From contig CAZVGK010000005.1 of assembly GCA_964626665.1 (NCBI GenBank), positions 60,069 to 120,674 on the forward strand: a stretch of DNA of 60,606 nt, given 5' to 3'. Under the pieces are notes generated by a model. That model searched no databases, was not told the DNA's origin, and was given only the letters and a program-made list of their open reading frames with translations. This DNA comes from an uncultured Gemmatimonadota bacterium (lineage in GTDB: Bacteria > SM23-81 > DAOVCL01). The stretch's first letter is position 1, and every line of letters starts with the position of its first letter. Position numbers and translations under genes: made by a program. Of the stretch, positions 46,601 through 56,694 are shown in pieces.

Positions 46601-49600
46601 GTAGCAGACCTGGAGGTTACTGAAGTCTCCCTTTCAGACACAGCGGTTAACTCAGGAGATAAACTTGCCGTCGATTATACTGTCATTAATAACGGCCCAA
46701 CACCAACTGGGCCCTCATCATGGACTGACGCCATCTACATCTCCGAGGACGACACACTTGACCTCCAGGCGGACCTACTTTTAGGGAGCCATGGTTACAC
46801 GGGCAATCTTGAACTGGACAGCACGTACTGGCGTAGTGATACGGTGAGCATTCCGAATCAACTCTCAGGTTCCTATTACATTTTTGTCTACACCGATGTC
46901 AATGACAACGTGGAAGAGGGAGAGTGGGAAGGTAACAACGATACTCGCGCACTCGCGCCAGTGGAGGTCACATTTACCGCTCCGGACCTGCAAGTCACTG
47001 GCATCGCTCCCCCTTCCAGTGCCTGGTCTGGTCAGTTGGCTGATGTGGAGTGGACTGTAACGAATTTGGGACCGGGGCGCACGGCAGTGGAATCCTGGCA
47101 TGACAGGATATATCTCTCAGCAGATGACACACTCGAATTTGAGGAGGATTCATTACTTTATGACTACACCCGAACCGCAGCACTCGAACCGACTGGAGAC
47201 TACTATGCGGAAACTGTCGGTGTGGTAATGCCTGACGGCTTTTCCGGGGAATACTATCTTTTTGTGGTTACAGACGCAGATGACGCGGTTTTTGAAGACA
47301 CACTTGAAGATAACAATTCCGCCTTCGATTATGTTTCAATCACTTTGACACCGCCCCCGGACCTACAGGTGACGCAGTTTATCGTACCGGATTCGGGCCT
47401 AGCAGGATTTCCGATAAACATCCAGTGGGGGGTAGGTAACTTCGGCGAAGGCACAACAGGTGCCGGGTCATGGAAAGAACAAGTTTTCCTGTCGACCGAT
47501 ACAACCCATGATGTCTCAGGAGACACATTGCTTTATAGTCTCTTACACACGGAATCGTTGGCGGTCGGGGAAAGCTATATCGAGAGCCGGGATGTTATGT
47601 TACCGGATGACGACTCGGGCAGCTTTTATCTTAAAATCGTGACTGATGCTGAGGACGATGTCTACGAGCATCTTTACGAGTCAAACAACATCTCTGTGGA
47701 GCCGCTTCACCTGGCACTCCCCGATTCAAACGATCTACAGTTAGCCAATCTTACCTTGTCTGATTTTCAAGCCTCCGACTCTATTGTTGCTGGAGACACT
47801 TTTTCGGCCAACTGGACTGTAACTAACACCCGCCAGTTTCCGACCCCATCCTCCGTGAGATACTGGCTGGATGCCGTGTACCTGTCAGAGGATGCTGTGC
47901 TTGATATCGTGGAAGATTCTATGCTGGCTCAGTTCAGCCATTTTGGAGTTCTGGAGCCAGATAGCAGCTATAGCCGGGCGGAGATTGTGACTTGTCCCGA
48001 CGGCTTGATCGGCCAGTACTATCTGTTCATGGTTACGGACAGAACTGACTTAGTTGAAGAGACTAACGAGTCGGATAATTATACAGGTTTCAATACCGCC
48101 ATTGATTTACAGCCGCCAGATTTACTGGTGACTTCGGTGACCGCTCCCGATTCAACTGATGCCGGGCAACCGATCAGCCTCGGCTGGTCGGTGGCAAACC
48201 AGGGTATTGGTGCAACCAAAGTTTCATCCTGGTACGACGCTGTTCATCTTTCCACTGACCAGATCCTGGATGAAACTGACCATAACATCGGCTACTTGCA
48301 TCACGATGGGATTCTGGAGGCAGATTCTTCCTATAGTGCTAACCTTACTGGCGAAATCCCACCGGGATTATCGGGGCCATACTATGTGATAGTGAAGACT
48401 GACAAGAACGATGATGTTTACGAGCATAACAATGAGGGTAACAACTATACCCGGGCCCAGGATGCAGTTCAGATAGTATTGCCTGATCCGGCCAATCTAA
48501 TCGTTATGGAGATTACTGCTCCTGACAGCGCTATTGCCGGGGAAGAGCTCACCATAGGCTGGACGGTGAGGAACGAAGGCGCAAACGATGTAACCGGACA
48601 GTGGACGGATGCAGTTTATCTCTCCGCCGATACCGTATGGCAATACGATGACCCGTTAATCGGGACTCACCTGCACACAGGAACGCTCCTTGCCGGTGAG
48701 AGTCGCACTAAGGCAATTTCGCTATTTATTGAGGATTTCTTTGGCACCCTTGATGGCAATCTACCTGGAGTTGTCCTCGGTGACTACCATGTGATTGTCC
48801 GTACCGACATTCACAATAACATAAACGAGACTGACGAGATAGACAATTTGACTTGTTCGGATGACACGCTCATTGTCGATGTAAAAGAGCTTACATTGGG
48901 TGTGCCCGATACTTCGCAATTAAGCCATGGTGATGAGAACTACTACCGCGTTAATATTGGAGAAGATAATGACTTGAAATTGACTATCAACCCCCAGGAC
49001 CTGGACGATGTCTTCCGGGTTTACGTTCGTTTGGGTGACGTCCCCAACCAAATTGACTACGACTTCACCTACGAAGCAGACTCTTATCAAGCGACAGTAG
49101 TTCCGTGCAGGAGCCAGGAGATATGCTACCTATTGATACGGGGAGAATATGTGACTGGCTCCGGCGAATACATCCTTCTTGCCGACTCCGTATCATTCCA
49201 AATCCTTGAGGTAAATCCAGCGACAATAGGTAACGACGGGCAGGTAACAATAACCGTAGATGGCGCCGCATTCGATGACAGTGCTTCCTTGTCCTTAGAA
49301 GGACCTGACACCTTGGCGCCAAGTATCATGATCGTGGATAACAGCTCACAGATTACTGCGCTGTTCCGGCTGGATTCAGTAACCTTGGGGAACTATGATG
49401 TTGTGGTAACTAATGAGGACTCATGCAGCGCCTCGCTAGTCGATGGAATCATGATCGAAACACGGTCAGAACTGGATCCCATTCTAACGGTTGAGGGTCC
49501 AACCGCATTCAGGGTCAGTGATCAGCCAACCTACAATTGCACGATATACAATCCTAACAATGTTGACATTGAGTATCTGCGAATCTTTGTTTCCGTTGGT

Positions 49601-52339
49601 GATGAGAATGCCTTGGTAGACATTCCCGATAGTCCTTTTCCGCGAGTCTACTTTGATGGCGTATACGAAGACAATACAATCCTCGTTGAATCGAATGTTG
49701 TAAGGTCTGAGCTTCTCCTCTCCTTCCCGGCTGGTGGCAGCTTCAATTACCATGTGAGGATCAGCGGCTTTGGAGCCGATCCTTTTGGGATTGAGTTTCA
49801 GTGCATTGTAATCGATCCCGACACTCTTATTAACCGGTATAGTGCTTTCTCGGAGGAGCTACGGAGCGTAATGCTGACTTCGCCTGATTTTCTGAGTGCT
49901 TTGACGGCGGAAGAACGAGCGATCCTTGAGAATGAGGGCGATTGGAAACAACACTATGCGGGAATACTTGTTGCGCTCGGACTCCTCAATTCACAGGATG
50001 AGATGAAAGCCGCAGATGTCAACATGGGGAAAGATGTACGGTGTAAGAGTTCCTCATCGGACAAGCAGGTCCCTGATACCTACTGCAAGGTGCAATATGA
50101 GCACAAGGTTACTCAATGTTTGGTAAACCTTCTTGAGGATTTGCCCCATTACGTAATCGCTTGCTTCAGAGGCTTCTCTGATTGTATCGAAATGGAGTGG
50201 GAACTCGACAACGCTGGAGCCAAAGCTGCAAAAGATCTTGAAAAGGCAAGAACAGAGTACGTGGAGTGCATCAAGAAAGAATGCTGGACATCCATTTCTA
50301 GCGAACCCGACCGATGGTGTCTTGAAAGCCCATTACCTCCTGGCGATCCGGGATGGGGATATATAGAATGTCAGGACTATGTGGGAGATTATTACTCTGA
50401 TTCGTATTGCGCCCAACCTATGCGGAGTCGAGATCCAAATGAAAAGATTGGACCCACTGGATCGGACGAGGACAACTTAATAACCCTGCAACAGGCCTTG
50501 CCCTATACCATCTACTTTGAGAATCTCCCTGATGCAACCGCTCCAGCGGTTGACGTAAGCATAACCGACCAACTTGACTTAGACCTAGATTGGAGAAAAT
50601 TCAGGCTGGGTGAAATTACTTTTGGCGATACCGCGATTATTGTACCTGATAATCGCAGTTACTGGCACACAACTATCGATTTGGATCCCCTTGATCTTGT
50701 GCTTGAAATCGACGCCGGAATCAATGCTTTCGCAGGGGAAGCGCACTGGTATTTTAACACAATCGATCCTAACACCGGTCAACCACCGCTCGATCCATTC
50801 GCCGGATTCTTGCTGCCCAATGACACCACTGGACGTGGGGAGGGCCACGTGACCTTTACAATAAAAGCTAAAGGCGATCTCGTCGAGGGAACTGAAATCA
50901 CCAATAGCGCTACCATTGTCTTCGATACTAATGACCCGATTGAAACCAATGAAGTTGTGAATGTAATTTACACTCTGTTGCCCGATCTCTTGGTAGCTTC
51001 CGTGGGTATGCAATCCAGCGATTCCACCTTGATTCAAGGGAAGGAAGTTACCTTTAACTCAACTATTCAAAACCAAAGTGGAATAGAGTGTGGAACTTTC
51101 AATGTTTCCCTCTTTGATGCTCATCCCGATTCCGGTGGAGCTCAAATCGCCGGGCCAGAGGAAGTTCAGAGTATTCCCCCTAGTGGCACCCGAGAGATAG
51201 AGTTGACCTGGGCTCCGGCTCCCCCCTTTGGTGAGAGAACCCTCTATGTAGGAGTCGACCCCGAGAAGGCAGTTGAGGAAGCAAACGAAGTGAATAACAC
51301 TCGAAGTATAGATGTATTCGTCAGTGCCGACAGCATCGCTCCTTCTGTGCCAAGTCTTATCGCACCTTCAGATAGTGCTTGGCTGAATGATACGACAGTC
51401 ATCTTTAGCTGGGGCACAGTAACAAAGCTACCAGAAGGCCGTAAGAAGCGTCGTCGAGCTCTAGGTATACTCTCAGGGAGACAAAGCAACCCGATGGCGC
51501 CGATCAAATTGGAGGGATCTGAGAAAAACTCCTCTCCTGACGGTAAGGGGTCACCAGTAGAGTATGTTCTTCAGATTGACACCACAGATAACTTTACAAA
51601 TCCGTTGGTTGTTGATACTATCTCATCAGCCGTGGACACAGTCAATCTTATGGAAAATGAATATTACTGGCGAGTCCAGGCCTACGATTTGGCAGGTAAT
51701 GAGAGTGAATTTTCAGAGATATGGAGTTTTGAGGTTGATATAACTCCCCCTTCCATACCCCAAGGGCTTATGGCTGTTTCAGGGGATACCTGTGTAAACC
51801 TGTCTTGGAATGCTATCCCGGACGAAGACTTCAGCTATTATGCCATTTATAAAAGCAATACAAGCGGTTTCGACCCAGATACCTTAAACCCTCTGGGGAC
51901 GACCACAGACACAGTCTACAGCGATACTGCGGTCATCATTGGTACCACTTATTATTACCGTATTTCTGCCTCTGACTTCGCCGGCAATGAGAGCGAGTAT
52001 TCGAATGAGTCCGGTTGCCAGTATGTGGGTATCTACGGCATCACGGAGATGGAATTGCCCAAAACCTTCTCCCTCTCCCAAAATTACCCGAACCCCTTCA
52101 ACCCTGTCACCGTGATCAAGTATGCTTTGCCTAAAGATTGTTATGTAAAGCTCACCATCTACAATATCCTCGGACAAATGGTGGCGACTTTAGTTAATAG
52201 AAAGCAGGTTGCAGGCTACAAGTCAATCAGCTGGGATTCCAGAAACCAATCTGGCAATGAGGTAGCCAGCGGGATCTACTTTTATAGACTTAGGGCTGGA
52301 GATTTTGTGAAGACGAGGAAGATGATTCTGTTGAGATAG
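43631..52339 (+). CDS. Giant secreted protein (2902 aa): signal peptide, LamG, Ig-like, about 11 CARDB repeats, Cys-rich segment, DPNEK domain, FN3, C-terminal sorting domain
   Basis: GGAGG SD; GEIDELRIWN (LamG); repeated PDLxV...WTVTNxG...YLSxD units; QNYPNPFNP...ASGIYFYRL C-terminus. Confidence 0.9.
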   Translation: MRIALKVVTLAFTLVGLFWAGANSAIIYVPTDQPTIQAGINAAGSGDTVIVEPGTYTGAGNRDLSTSGKTLLLMGQFGADSTITYYHQYSSPNYAINVDGIDDFIEVPHHSSFDWDMQLTMEFWVRIFDNSFGIIFNKCRDSVEDKQVGLYDPGKIYFYLYGLSHSGQPTVSNSVVNLNQWYHITCTTDGDSLYIYINGYIDTSMAASGNPIGNSTYPARIGAHFYHWPTYVPINGEIDELRIWNIYKTPEDIQALMYHEASGNEPSLVAVWHFNEGQGQTAHDSSPNQNNGRLGSSIGEDPEDPQWVISSAPIGGSLPPEPNTFVSTGPSQGAHIDTNRVSFTWTGIDDSTGADELLFSYSLDSATFSPFSYDTMHTFTGLDEGWHTFMVRAMDEDQNIDPTPATRHFAIDLTSPNTEIVSGPSEGEWVSSSTVTFEWTGSDNLTEVESLLFSYKMDDDPFSDFTLQTSHTYNDLSEGPHTFLVKAKDKAGNVDDTPAQRNFSIGLLDLQPVDIVAPDSAFCNRKIELSWTVTNNGIGPAVGTWMDKIYLSDDDQIGSDTLLGSFPHTDSLDPGQSYGVTDSVLLPDGIQEGYWIVMGSEGGNFLIDDDSISVSIPPHPDLQVTDIQVPEDGWTGQAIAVQWTITNSGDTSAEISWKEHIYLSTDSIVGSDSLVTTFTYTEGLEAGSTYTHIHPVPIPQDAPGEYWIVVQTDGQDQVGEYESENNNISISDSSVTIHQSPYPDLRTASVECVDSATSGQTIPVSWTITNDGAGATDAPVWYDLVYLSQDTILGTGDFPLGSFQNFSYLGPGDSYQQTKEVVLPWQLAGPYYVLVFADGTNRVSEHVDEGNNVGSSTTPIFITYAQEPAPDLEVVLDQAPANGWAGAQITVEWTVTNIGNAPATGHWLVDWVMLSTDSIPQSGDLHIGPYYTGDALEPDSSYSRTGTFNLPNDLNGNYYLFVWTDVRLEYPDPDLGNNFSAPVPISILPIVADLEVTEVSLSDTAVNSGDKLAVDYTVINNGPTPTGPSSWTDAIYISEDDTLDLQADLLLGSHGYTGNLELDSTYWRSDTVSIPNQLSGSYYIFVYTDVNDNVEEGEWEGNNDTRALAPVEVTFTAPDLQVTGIAPPSSAWSGQLADVEWTVTNLGPGRTAVESWHDRIYLSADDTLEFEEDSLLYDYTRTAALEPTGDYYAETVGVVMPDGFSGEYYLFVVTDADDAVFEDTLEDNNSAFDYVSITLTPPPDLQVTQFIVPDSGLAGFPINIQWGVGNFGEGTTGAGSWKEQVFLSTDTTHDVSGDTLLYSLLHTESLAVGESYIESRDVMLPDDDSGSFYLKIVTDAEDDVYEHLYESNNISVEPLHLALPDSNDLQLANLTLSDFQASDSIVAGDTFSANWTVTNTRQFPTPSSVRYWLDAVYLSEDAVLDIVEDSMLAQFSHFGVLEPDSSYSRAEIVTCPDGLIGQYYLFMVTDRTDLVEETNESDNYTGFNTAIDLQPPDLLVTSVTAPDSTDAGQPISLGWSVANQGIGATKVSSWYDAVHLSTDQILDETDHNIGYLHHDGILEADSSYSANLTGEIPPGLSGPYYVIVKTDKNDDVYEHNNEGNNYTRAQDAVQIVLPDPANLIVMEITAPDSAIAGEELTIGWTVRNEGANDVTGQWTDAVYLSADTVWQYDDPLIGTHLHTGTLLAGESRTKAISLFIEDFFGTLDGNLPGVVLGDYHVIVRTDIHNNINETDEIDNLTCSDDTLIVDVKELTLGVPDTSQLSHGDENYYRVNIGEDNDLKLTINPQDLDDVFRVYVRLGDVPNQIDYDFTYEADSYQATVVPCRSQEICYLLIRGEYVTGSGEYILLADSVSFQILEVNPATIGNDGQVTITVDGAAFDDSASLSLEGPDTLAPSIMIVDNSSQITALFRLDSVTLGNYDVVVTNEDSCSASLVDGIMIETRSELDPILTVEGPTAFRVSDQPTYNCTIYNPNNVDIEYLRIFVSVGDENALVDIPDSPFPRVYFDGVYEDNTILVESNVVRSELLLSFPAGGSFNYHVRISGFGADPFGIEFQCIVIDPDTLINRYSAFSEELRSVMLTSPDFLSALTAEERAILENEGDWKQHYAGILVALGLLNSQDEMKAADVNMGKDVRCKSSSSDKQVPDTYCKVQYEHKVTQCLVNLLEDLPHYVIACFRGFSDCIEMEWELDNAGAKAAKDLEKARTEYVECIKKECWTSISSEPDRWCLESPLPPGDPGWGYIECQDYVGDYYSDSYCAQPMRSRDPNEKIGPTGSDEDNLITLQQALPYTIYFENLPDATAPAVDVSITDQLDLDLDWRKFRLGEITFGDTAIIVPDNRSYWHTTIDLDPLDLVLEIDAGINAFAGEAHWYFNTIDPNTGQPPLDPFAGFLLPNDTTGRGEGHVTFTIKAKGDLVEGTEITNSATIVFDTNDPIETNEVVNVIYTLLPDLLVASVGMQSSDSTLIQGKEVTFNSTIQNQSGIECGTFNVSLFDAHPDSGGAQIAGPEEVQSIPPSGTREIELTWAPAPPFGERTLYVGVDPEKAVEEANEVNNTRSIDVFVSADSIAPSVPSLIAPSDSAWLNDTTVIFSWGTVTKLPEGRKKRRRALGILSGRQSNPMAPIKLEGSEKNSSPDGKGSPVEYVLQIDTTDNFTNPLVVDTISSAVDTVNLMENEYYWRVQAYDLAGNESEFSEIWSFEVDITPPSIPQGLMAVSGDTCVNLSWNAIPDEDFSYYAIYKSNTSGFDPDTLNPLGTTTDTVYSDTAVIIGTTYYYRISASDFAGNESEYSNESGCQYVGIYGITEMELPKTFSLSQNYPNPFNPVTVIKYALPKDCYVKLTIYNILGQMVATLVNRKQVAGYKSISWDSRNQSGNEVASGIYFYRLRAGDFVKTRKMILLR

Positions 52340-52370
52340 TTCGGCTTGTAAAGCAGAGGTTGGAGGTGCT

Positions 52371-52408
52371 AAACTGCCGAAGGGTAACCTCTTCGGCAGT
52401 TTTTTTTT
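52371..52408 (+). terminator. Intrinsic terminator after the giant protein gene
   Basis: AACTGCCGAAG...CTTCGGCAGTT plus long T tract. Confidence 0.85.
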
Positions 52409-52741
52409 ATGGCTACCTTTTCTTGGGGGTGCATGTCCTTACTGCCTTTAATCTTCCCCTTCAAATTATGATGATAATCTGTGGGGACTTCTGGAGGGTG
52501 GTAACCTTAGGGGTTCTCAGTCAACTTTTCGTGTGAAATCCCTTGACTTTTTCCCTATCCTTTTATACTTTCGGAAGGCATCTATTTGAGGGGTGTAGGG
52601 GTTCAATTTATTGAATCTGTTTCCGAGCTTGATGAATCAAGCCCCTACAAAGGGAAACCCAATTTTAGGCGGTAGGACTTCACAGAACCAAAGAAGATAA
52701 TAGTGTGCTGTCAGGAGTTACCTCCTGACAGCCTTTGAGCT

Positions 52742-53389
52742 ATGCCACTGAGGAAAAAGGGGTTGCTTGGCAGAGAGGAGGGAATCTTTTTCTGCACAAC
52801 AGGCTTCCATAAACAGAGGAGATTGCTTTTAGGTGACAAGTATTATCGCATAATCCTGAAAAGCTTAGGATTCCTCAAACAGAAATATAACTTTGGGGTT
52901 ATAGCTTATGTTATAATGAGTTCACATGTGCACTTGATACTATTTGTGCAGAAGGGAACTACATTATCAGATATTATGCGCGATTTCAAGAAATTTACTG
53001 CTTACAAAATCAGAAAGCAGTTAGAAGAGGATAAAGAATTTGCCCTATTAAACTCACTAAGAATTGAAAGCTGTCAGGAGGTAACTCCTGACACCACAGG
53101 GAAGGAGGTAACTCCTGACACCACACAATCCTCTGTGCCGTGGGGAGTTACCTCCTGACGGAAGGAACAAAAATTTAAAATATGGGAAGACAGATTTGAT
53201 GATTTATATCTGAACCAAGAAAAAACTTTCTGGGTGAAGTTCAACTATATCCACAATAATCCAGTCAAGGCAGGGCTTGTTAAGCGACCTGAGGACTATC
53301 CATACTCTTCTGCCAGGAACTATTTTCTGAGGACAAGGGAAGGTGTTTTAGAAGTGGACATAGATTTTGTGTCAGGAGGTAACTCCTGA
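52742..53389 (+). mobile_element. REP-associated tyrosine transposase (RAYT, Y1 HUH family) interrupted by an in-frame TGA inside an internal REP hairpin
   Basis: AYVIMSSHVHL (HUH) and RDFKKFTA before the stop; in the same frame after TGA 53156-53158: IWEDRFDD...NYIHNNPVKAGLV..PEDYPYSSA. GTCAGGAGTTACCTCCTGAC-type palindromes at about 52710, 53073-53160 and 53371. Confidence 0.88.
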
Positions 53390-53453
53390 CACCACAGGGA
53401 AATGTCCGTGAATTCCCTTTTTTGTAGACCGGGTGAAAAAATAAGGAGGGGAG

Positions 53454-55478
53454 ATGCCTATAGTCGATTCCAAAACGGGAAAGGTAAGGAAAAATTATTC
53501 GGTTGAGGAGTTGAAGGAAGCTGCCAATCTAATGAGGGGGGTGAACCTGATTGCCCTTTGTGCGGCTGGATCTGGTCACTCTGGAGGAACCCTCTCGGTA
53601 ATGGATGTTACCGCTGCCCTTTACCTGAAGGTAGCTAATCATGATCCGCAAGATCCCTTCTGGGATGAGAGGGACAGGATAATCTGGTCCACTGGCCACA
53701 AGGCCCCCTCCCTCTATTTGGGTCTGGGTATAGCGGGTTATTTCGATGTGGAGGAGGTGGTAAAGCTACGCAAACTCTGGGCTCCCTTTCAGGGCCATCC
53801 CCATTGGCTGAAGCTCCCCGGAGTGGAGGCCTCTACCGGCTCATTGGGACAGGGATTGAGCATTGCAGTGGGGATTGCCCTGGCCGGAAAGCTAAATAAT
53901 AATGATTATACCGTTTATGCCCTTACAGGAGATGGGGAACACCAGGAGGGGCAGATCTGGGAAGCAATTATGGAGGCGGGGGACTATAAGTTCGACAATT
54001 TGATCAACATACTGGATAAGAATAGGCTCCAGATAGACGGTTGGGTAAAGGATGTGATGGATATAGAGCCCATAGCAGAGAAGTATAGAAGCTTCAAGTG
54101 GAATGTGATTGAAATCGACGGACACAAGATGGAGGAAATTCTCCAGGCATTAGAGGAGGCCAAATCCTTTAAGGGCAAGCCTACAGTGATCATCGCCCAT
54201 ACGGTAAAGGGCAAAGGCGTTGATTTTATGGAGGATGTTGCCGGCTGGCATGGCAAGGCCCCCAGCTATGAGCAGATGCTCAGCGGGTTGGAACAGCTTG
54301 GTTTAAAGGATAAGCTTGATGTGGAGAGGCTCCTGCAGAAGGCTGCAGACTACCAGAGCCAGGTAGATAAGAAATTAGCTGCCAAACAGCCCAAGTTCAG
54401 TAGGGATTATTTCTGGAACAAGGCCCCCAAGATGAAGGTGCAGATGGATCCCACCCGCAGGGGATTTGGGCGCGCCCTCGCGGAGAAGGGCGATGATGAG
54501 AGGGTTGTCTGTCTGGGCGCTGACATCTCAGGGTCTATAACCATTAGCCAATTCTATGAGGACCATCCAGCGAGGAGGGGCAGGTTCCTTAGTATGGGGA
54601 TTGCCGAACAGAGTGGGACTGGAGTGGCTGCTGGCCTAGCCAAGGAGGGAAAGATAGCCGTTTTTGGCACCTACGCTGTTTTTTCTGCTGGGAGGAATCT
54701 GGACCAACTGAGGACCACTGTCTGCTATGGGAACTTCAATGTGCTTATTGCCGGTGCTCATGGAGGGGTCTCTGTGGGCCCTGATGGGGCCACCCATCAG
54801 GCCTTAGAGGATCTGTTCCAGATTTGTGGGCTTCCCAATATGAAGGTTGTAGTCCCCTGCGATTCCATTGAGACAAAGAAGGCCACCGAATATCTGCTCT
54901 TTGAGATCAAGGCGCCAAAGTATATTAGGTTCGCCCGAGAGGCTACTCCAATTGTCACCCGGGAGGATACTCCCTTTGTTTTTGGCCAGGCCAATGTGAT
55001 CAGATACAGGGGGGAGAAGGAGAACTTCCTTGATGCCTTCCAGACCGTTTTGGCCTCGGAGTATTCCTCTGAGGGGGAGGATTTAAGCATAATTGCCTGT
55101 GGGCCGGAGGTTCCCGAAGCGATGAGAGCCGCTTACATCCTTAAGGAGGATTTTAATATAGAGACCAGGGTGATAGATATGCATACCCTCAAACCCCTGG
55201 ATAAGGAGACTATAGTAAAGGCAGCACTCGATACCGGGGTGATAGTGACAGCAGAGGAACATCAGGTAGGTGGTTTTGGTAACCTCATTGGTGCAGTGGT
55301 TTCTCAATCGCCTGAAGTTTACCAGAAAGGAGGGGCAATTGTGGGGATGATTGGAGTTAAGGATCGTTTCGGAGAATCAGGTCAGCCTTGGGAGCTGATC
55401 AAGGAGTTTGAGATCTCCGGTGAACACATTGCCCAGATGGCCAAAAAGCTGTTCGACGAAAAGAAAAGCCGCAGGTAA
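53454..55478 (+). CDS. tkt: Transketolase (single-chain fusion of N- and C-terminal halves)
   Basis: SGHSGG, QGHP, STGSLGQGLS, GDGEHQEG (TPP motif), GIAEQ, GPDGATHQ, EEHQ. Confidence 0.92.
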   Translation: MPIVDSKTGKVRKNYSVEELKEAANLMRGVNLIALCAAGSGHSGGTLSVMDVTAALYLKVANHDPQDPFWDERDRIIWSTGHKAPSLYLGLGIAGYFDVEEVVKLRKLWAPFQGHPHWLKLPGVEASTGSLGQGLSIAVGIALAGKLNNNDYTVYALTGDGEHQEGQIWEAIMEAGDYKFDNLINILDKNRLQIDGWVKDVMDIEPIAEKYRSFKWNVIEIDGHKMEEILQALEEAKSFKGKPTVIIAHTVKGKGVDFMEDVAGWHGKAPSYEQMLSGLEQLGLKDKLDVERLLQKAADYQSQVDKKLAAKQPKFSRDYFWNKAPKMKVQMDPTRRGFGRALAEKGDDERVVCLGADISGSITISQFYEDHPARRGRFLSMGIAEQSGTGVAAGLAKEGKIAVFGTYAVFSAGRNLDQLRTTVCYGNFNVLIAGAHGGVSVGPDGATHQALEDLFQICGLPNMKVVVPCDSIETKKATEYLLFEIKAPKYIRFAREATPIVTREDTPFVFGQANVIRYRGEKENFLDAFQTVLASEYSSEGEDLSIIACGPEVPEAMRAAYILKEDFNIETRVIDMHTLKPLDKETIVKAALDTGVIVTAEEHQVGGFGNLIGAVVSQSPEVYQKGGAIVGMIGVKDRFGESGQPWELIKEFEISGEHIAQMAKKLFDEKKSRR

Positions 55479-55746
55479 GAATCCCCTGGTTGCCTGGCGG
55501 CTCTTATAGTGGTGCTCAAAATAACAACCTCCCGCAGATTTGAGATCTGTGGGAGGTTTAATATTGCCCATTAGGGCGGAAACAACTCATTAACAACTGA
55601 GCGGTCAGATGCCCTCATCTACCAGCAAAGGAAAAGGGTGGCAGAATCGGGGTTCTGCCAGCTCGCTTTTGGGAAGTGGCAACTTAGGCTGGCCGGTGGG
55701 TTTGCAATTTATGAATAAATCGGGCTAAGTTCGGTTAAAAAAAGGT

Positions 55747-56694
55747 TTACCCCTCCTTTCTCTCCTCGAGCGTATACTTAATAATCTCTTCCATCCTGGC
55801 GGTGGCTACGCAGAGGTAGGTATCGGCGGCACCATAATAGAGTTTTACTTCACCATCTGGCTCAACAAGTGCCCCGCAGGCGAAGACCACATTGTTTACA
55901 TCGCCAATGCGTTCATAATCCTCTCGCGGGGAGAGTAGAGGAACATGGCAACGGCTAATCACCAATGAGGGATTTTTCAAGTCAAGGAGAACCGTTCCCA
56001 CCCGGTAGACCGGTCCTGAAACGGTTAGCTTGACACCATGATAGATTTCCAGCCAACCCTGCTCAGTCTTAATGGGGGGAGCTGAAGCCCCAACTCGGTA
56101 AGAATCCCAATATCTCTTGCGGGGGGAGACCAGCACTTTGGAGTGCCCCCAACTCTGCAGGTCGTTGGAATAGGAGATCCAAATGCTCCCCACATCCAGA
56201 CCAATTGGCCGGTCCAGCCGCACATATTGGTTATTGATCTTCTCAGGGAACAAGACCCCATCCTTGTTCCCGGGTTCAGAGATGAGGGCAATCCGTTCAA
56301 AGTGATGGAAATCATCTGTTTTAGCCAGGGCAATCCGAGATCCATAATCAGAGGTAGCTGTATACATAACATACCAGGACCCATCGATAAATGTTGCCCT
56401 AGGATCCTCAATGCCCCTTGTCTCATACACTCCGAAGATACCTTCCTTGGCAGGTAGGAGAACTGGTTGCTCTTCAACCTCGAAATGGAAACCGTCACTG
56501 CTTCTGGCCAGGGCAAAGAAGGAATATCCCTGTTGCCCTTCAACCCTGAGAAGCAGAAGGTATTCATCCCCTAACTTGACTGGCGTTCCGTTGAAGACCG
56601 TGTTACAGCGGAACGGTATGTCCTTTAAGGTTAAGCAAGGGTTTCCTTCCCAGCGATGAAATACATCTCGGCCAATTCTCTTTCTCATTGTCAA
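55747..56694 (-). CDS. GH130-family glycoside phosphorylase/hydrolase
   Basis: VFNG, GIEDPR, NKDGVLFPEKI, GWLEIYHG, GDVNNVVFACG, YYGAADT. Confidence 0.9.
   Translation of the reverse strand: MTMRKRIGRDVFHRWEGNPCLTLKDIPFRCNTVFNGTPVKLGDEYLLLLRVEGQQGYSFFALARSSDGFHFEVEEQPVLLPAKEGIFGVYETRGIEDPRATFIDGSWYVMYTATSDYGSRIALAKTDDFHHFERIALISEPGNKDGVLFPEKINNQYVRLDRPIGLDVGSIWISYSNDLQSWGHSKVLVSPRKRYWDSYRVGASAPPIKTEQGWLEIYHGVKLTVSGPVYRVGTVLLDLKNPSLVISRCHVPLLSPREDYERIGDVNNVVFACGALVEPDGEVKLYYGAADTYLCVATARMEEIIKYTLEERKEG

Noticed and set aside
52543-52571. Promoter TTGACT...TATACT upstream of the transposase
   Set aside because: Spacing is 15 bp to the best -10; too weak to list as a feature.
53156-53158. Selenocysteine or alternative genetic code explanation for the in-frame TGA in the transposase
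   Set aside because: TGA is used as a normal stop by many genes here, and this codon is part of the REP palindrome rather than a Cys-equivalent position.
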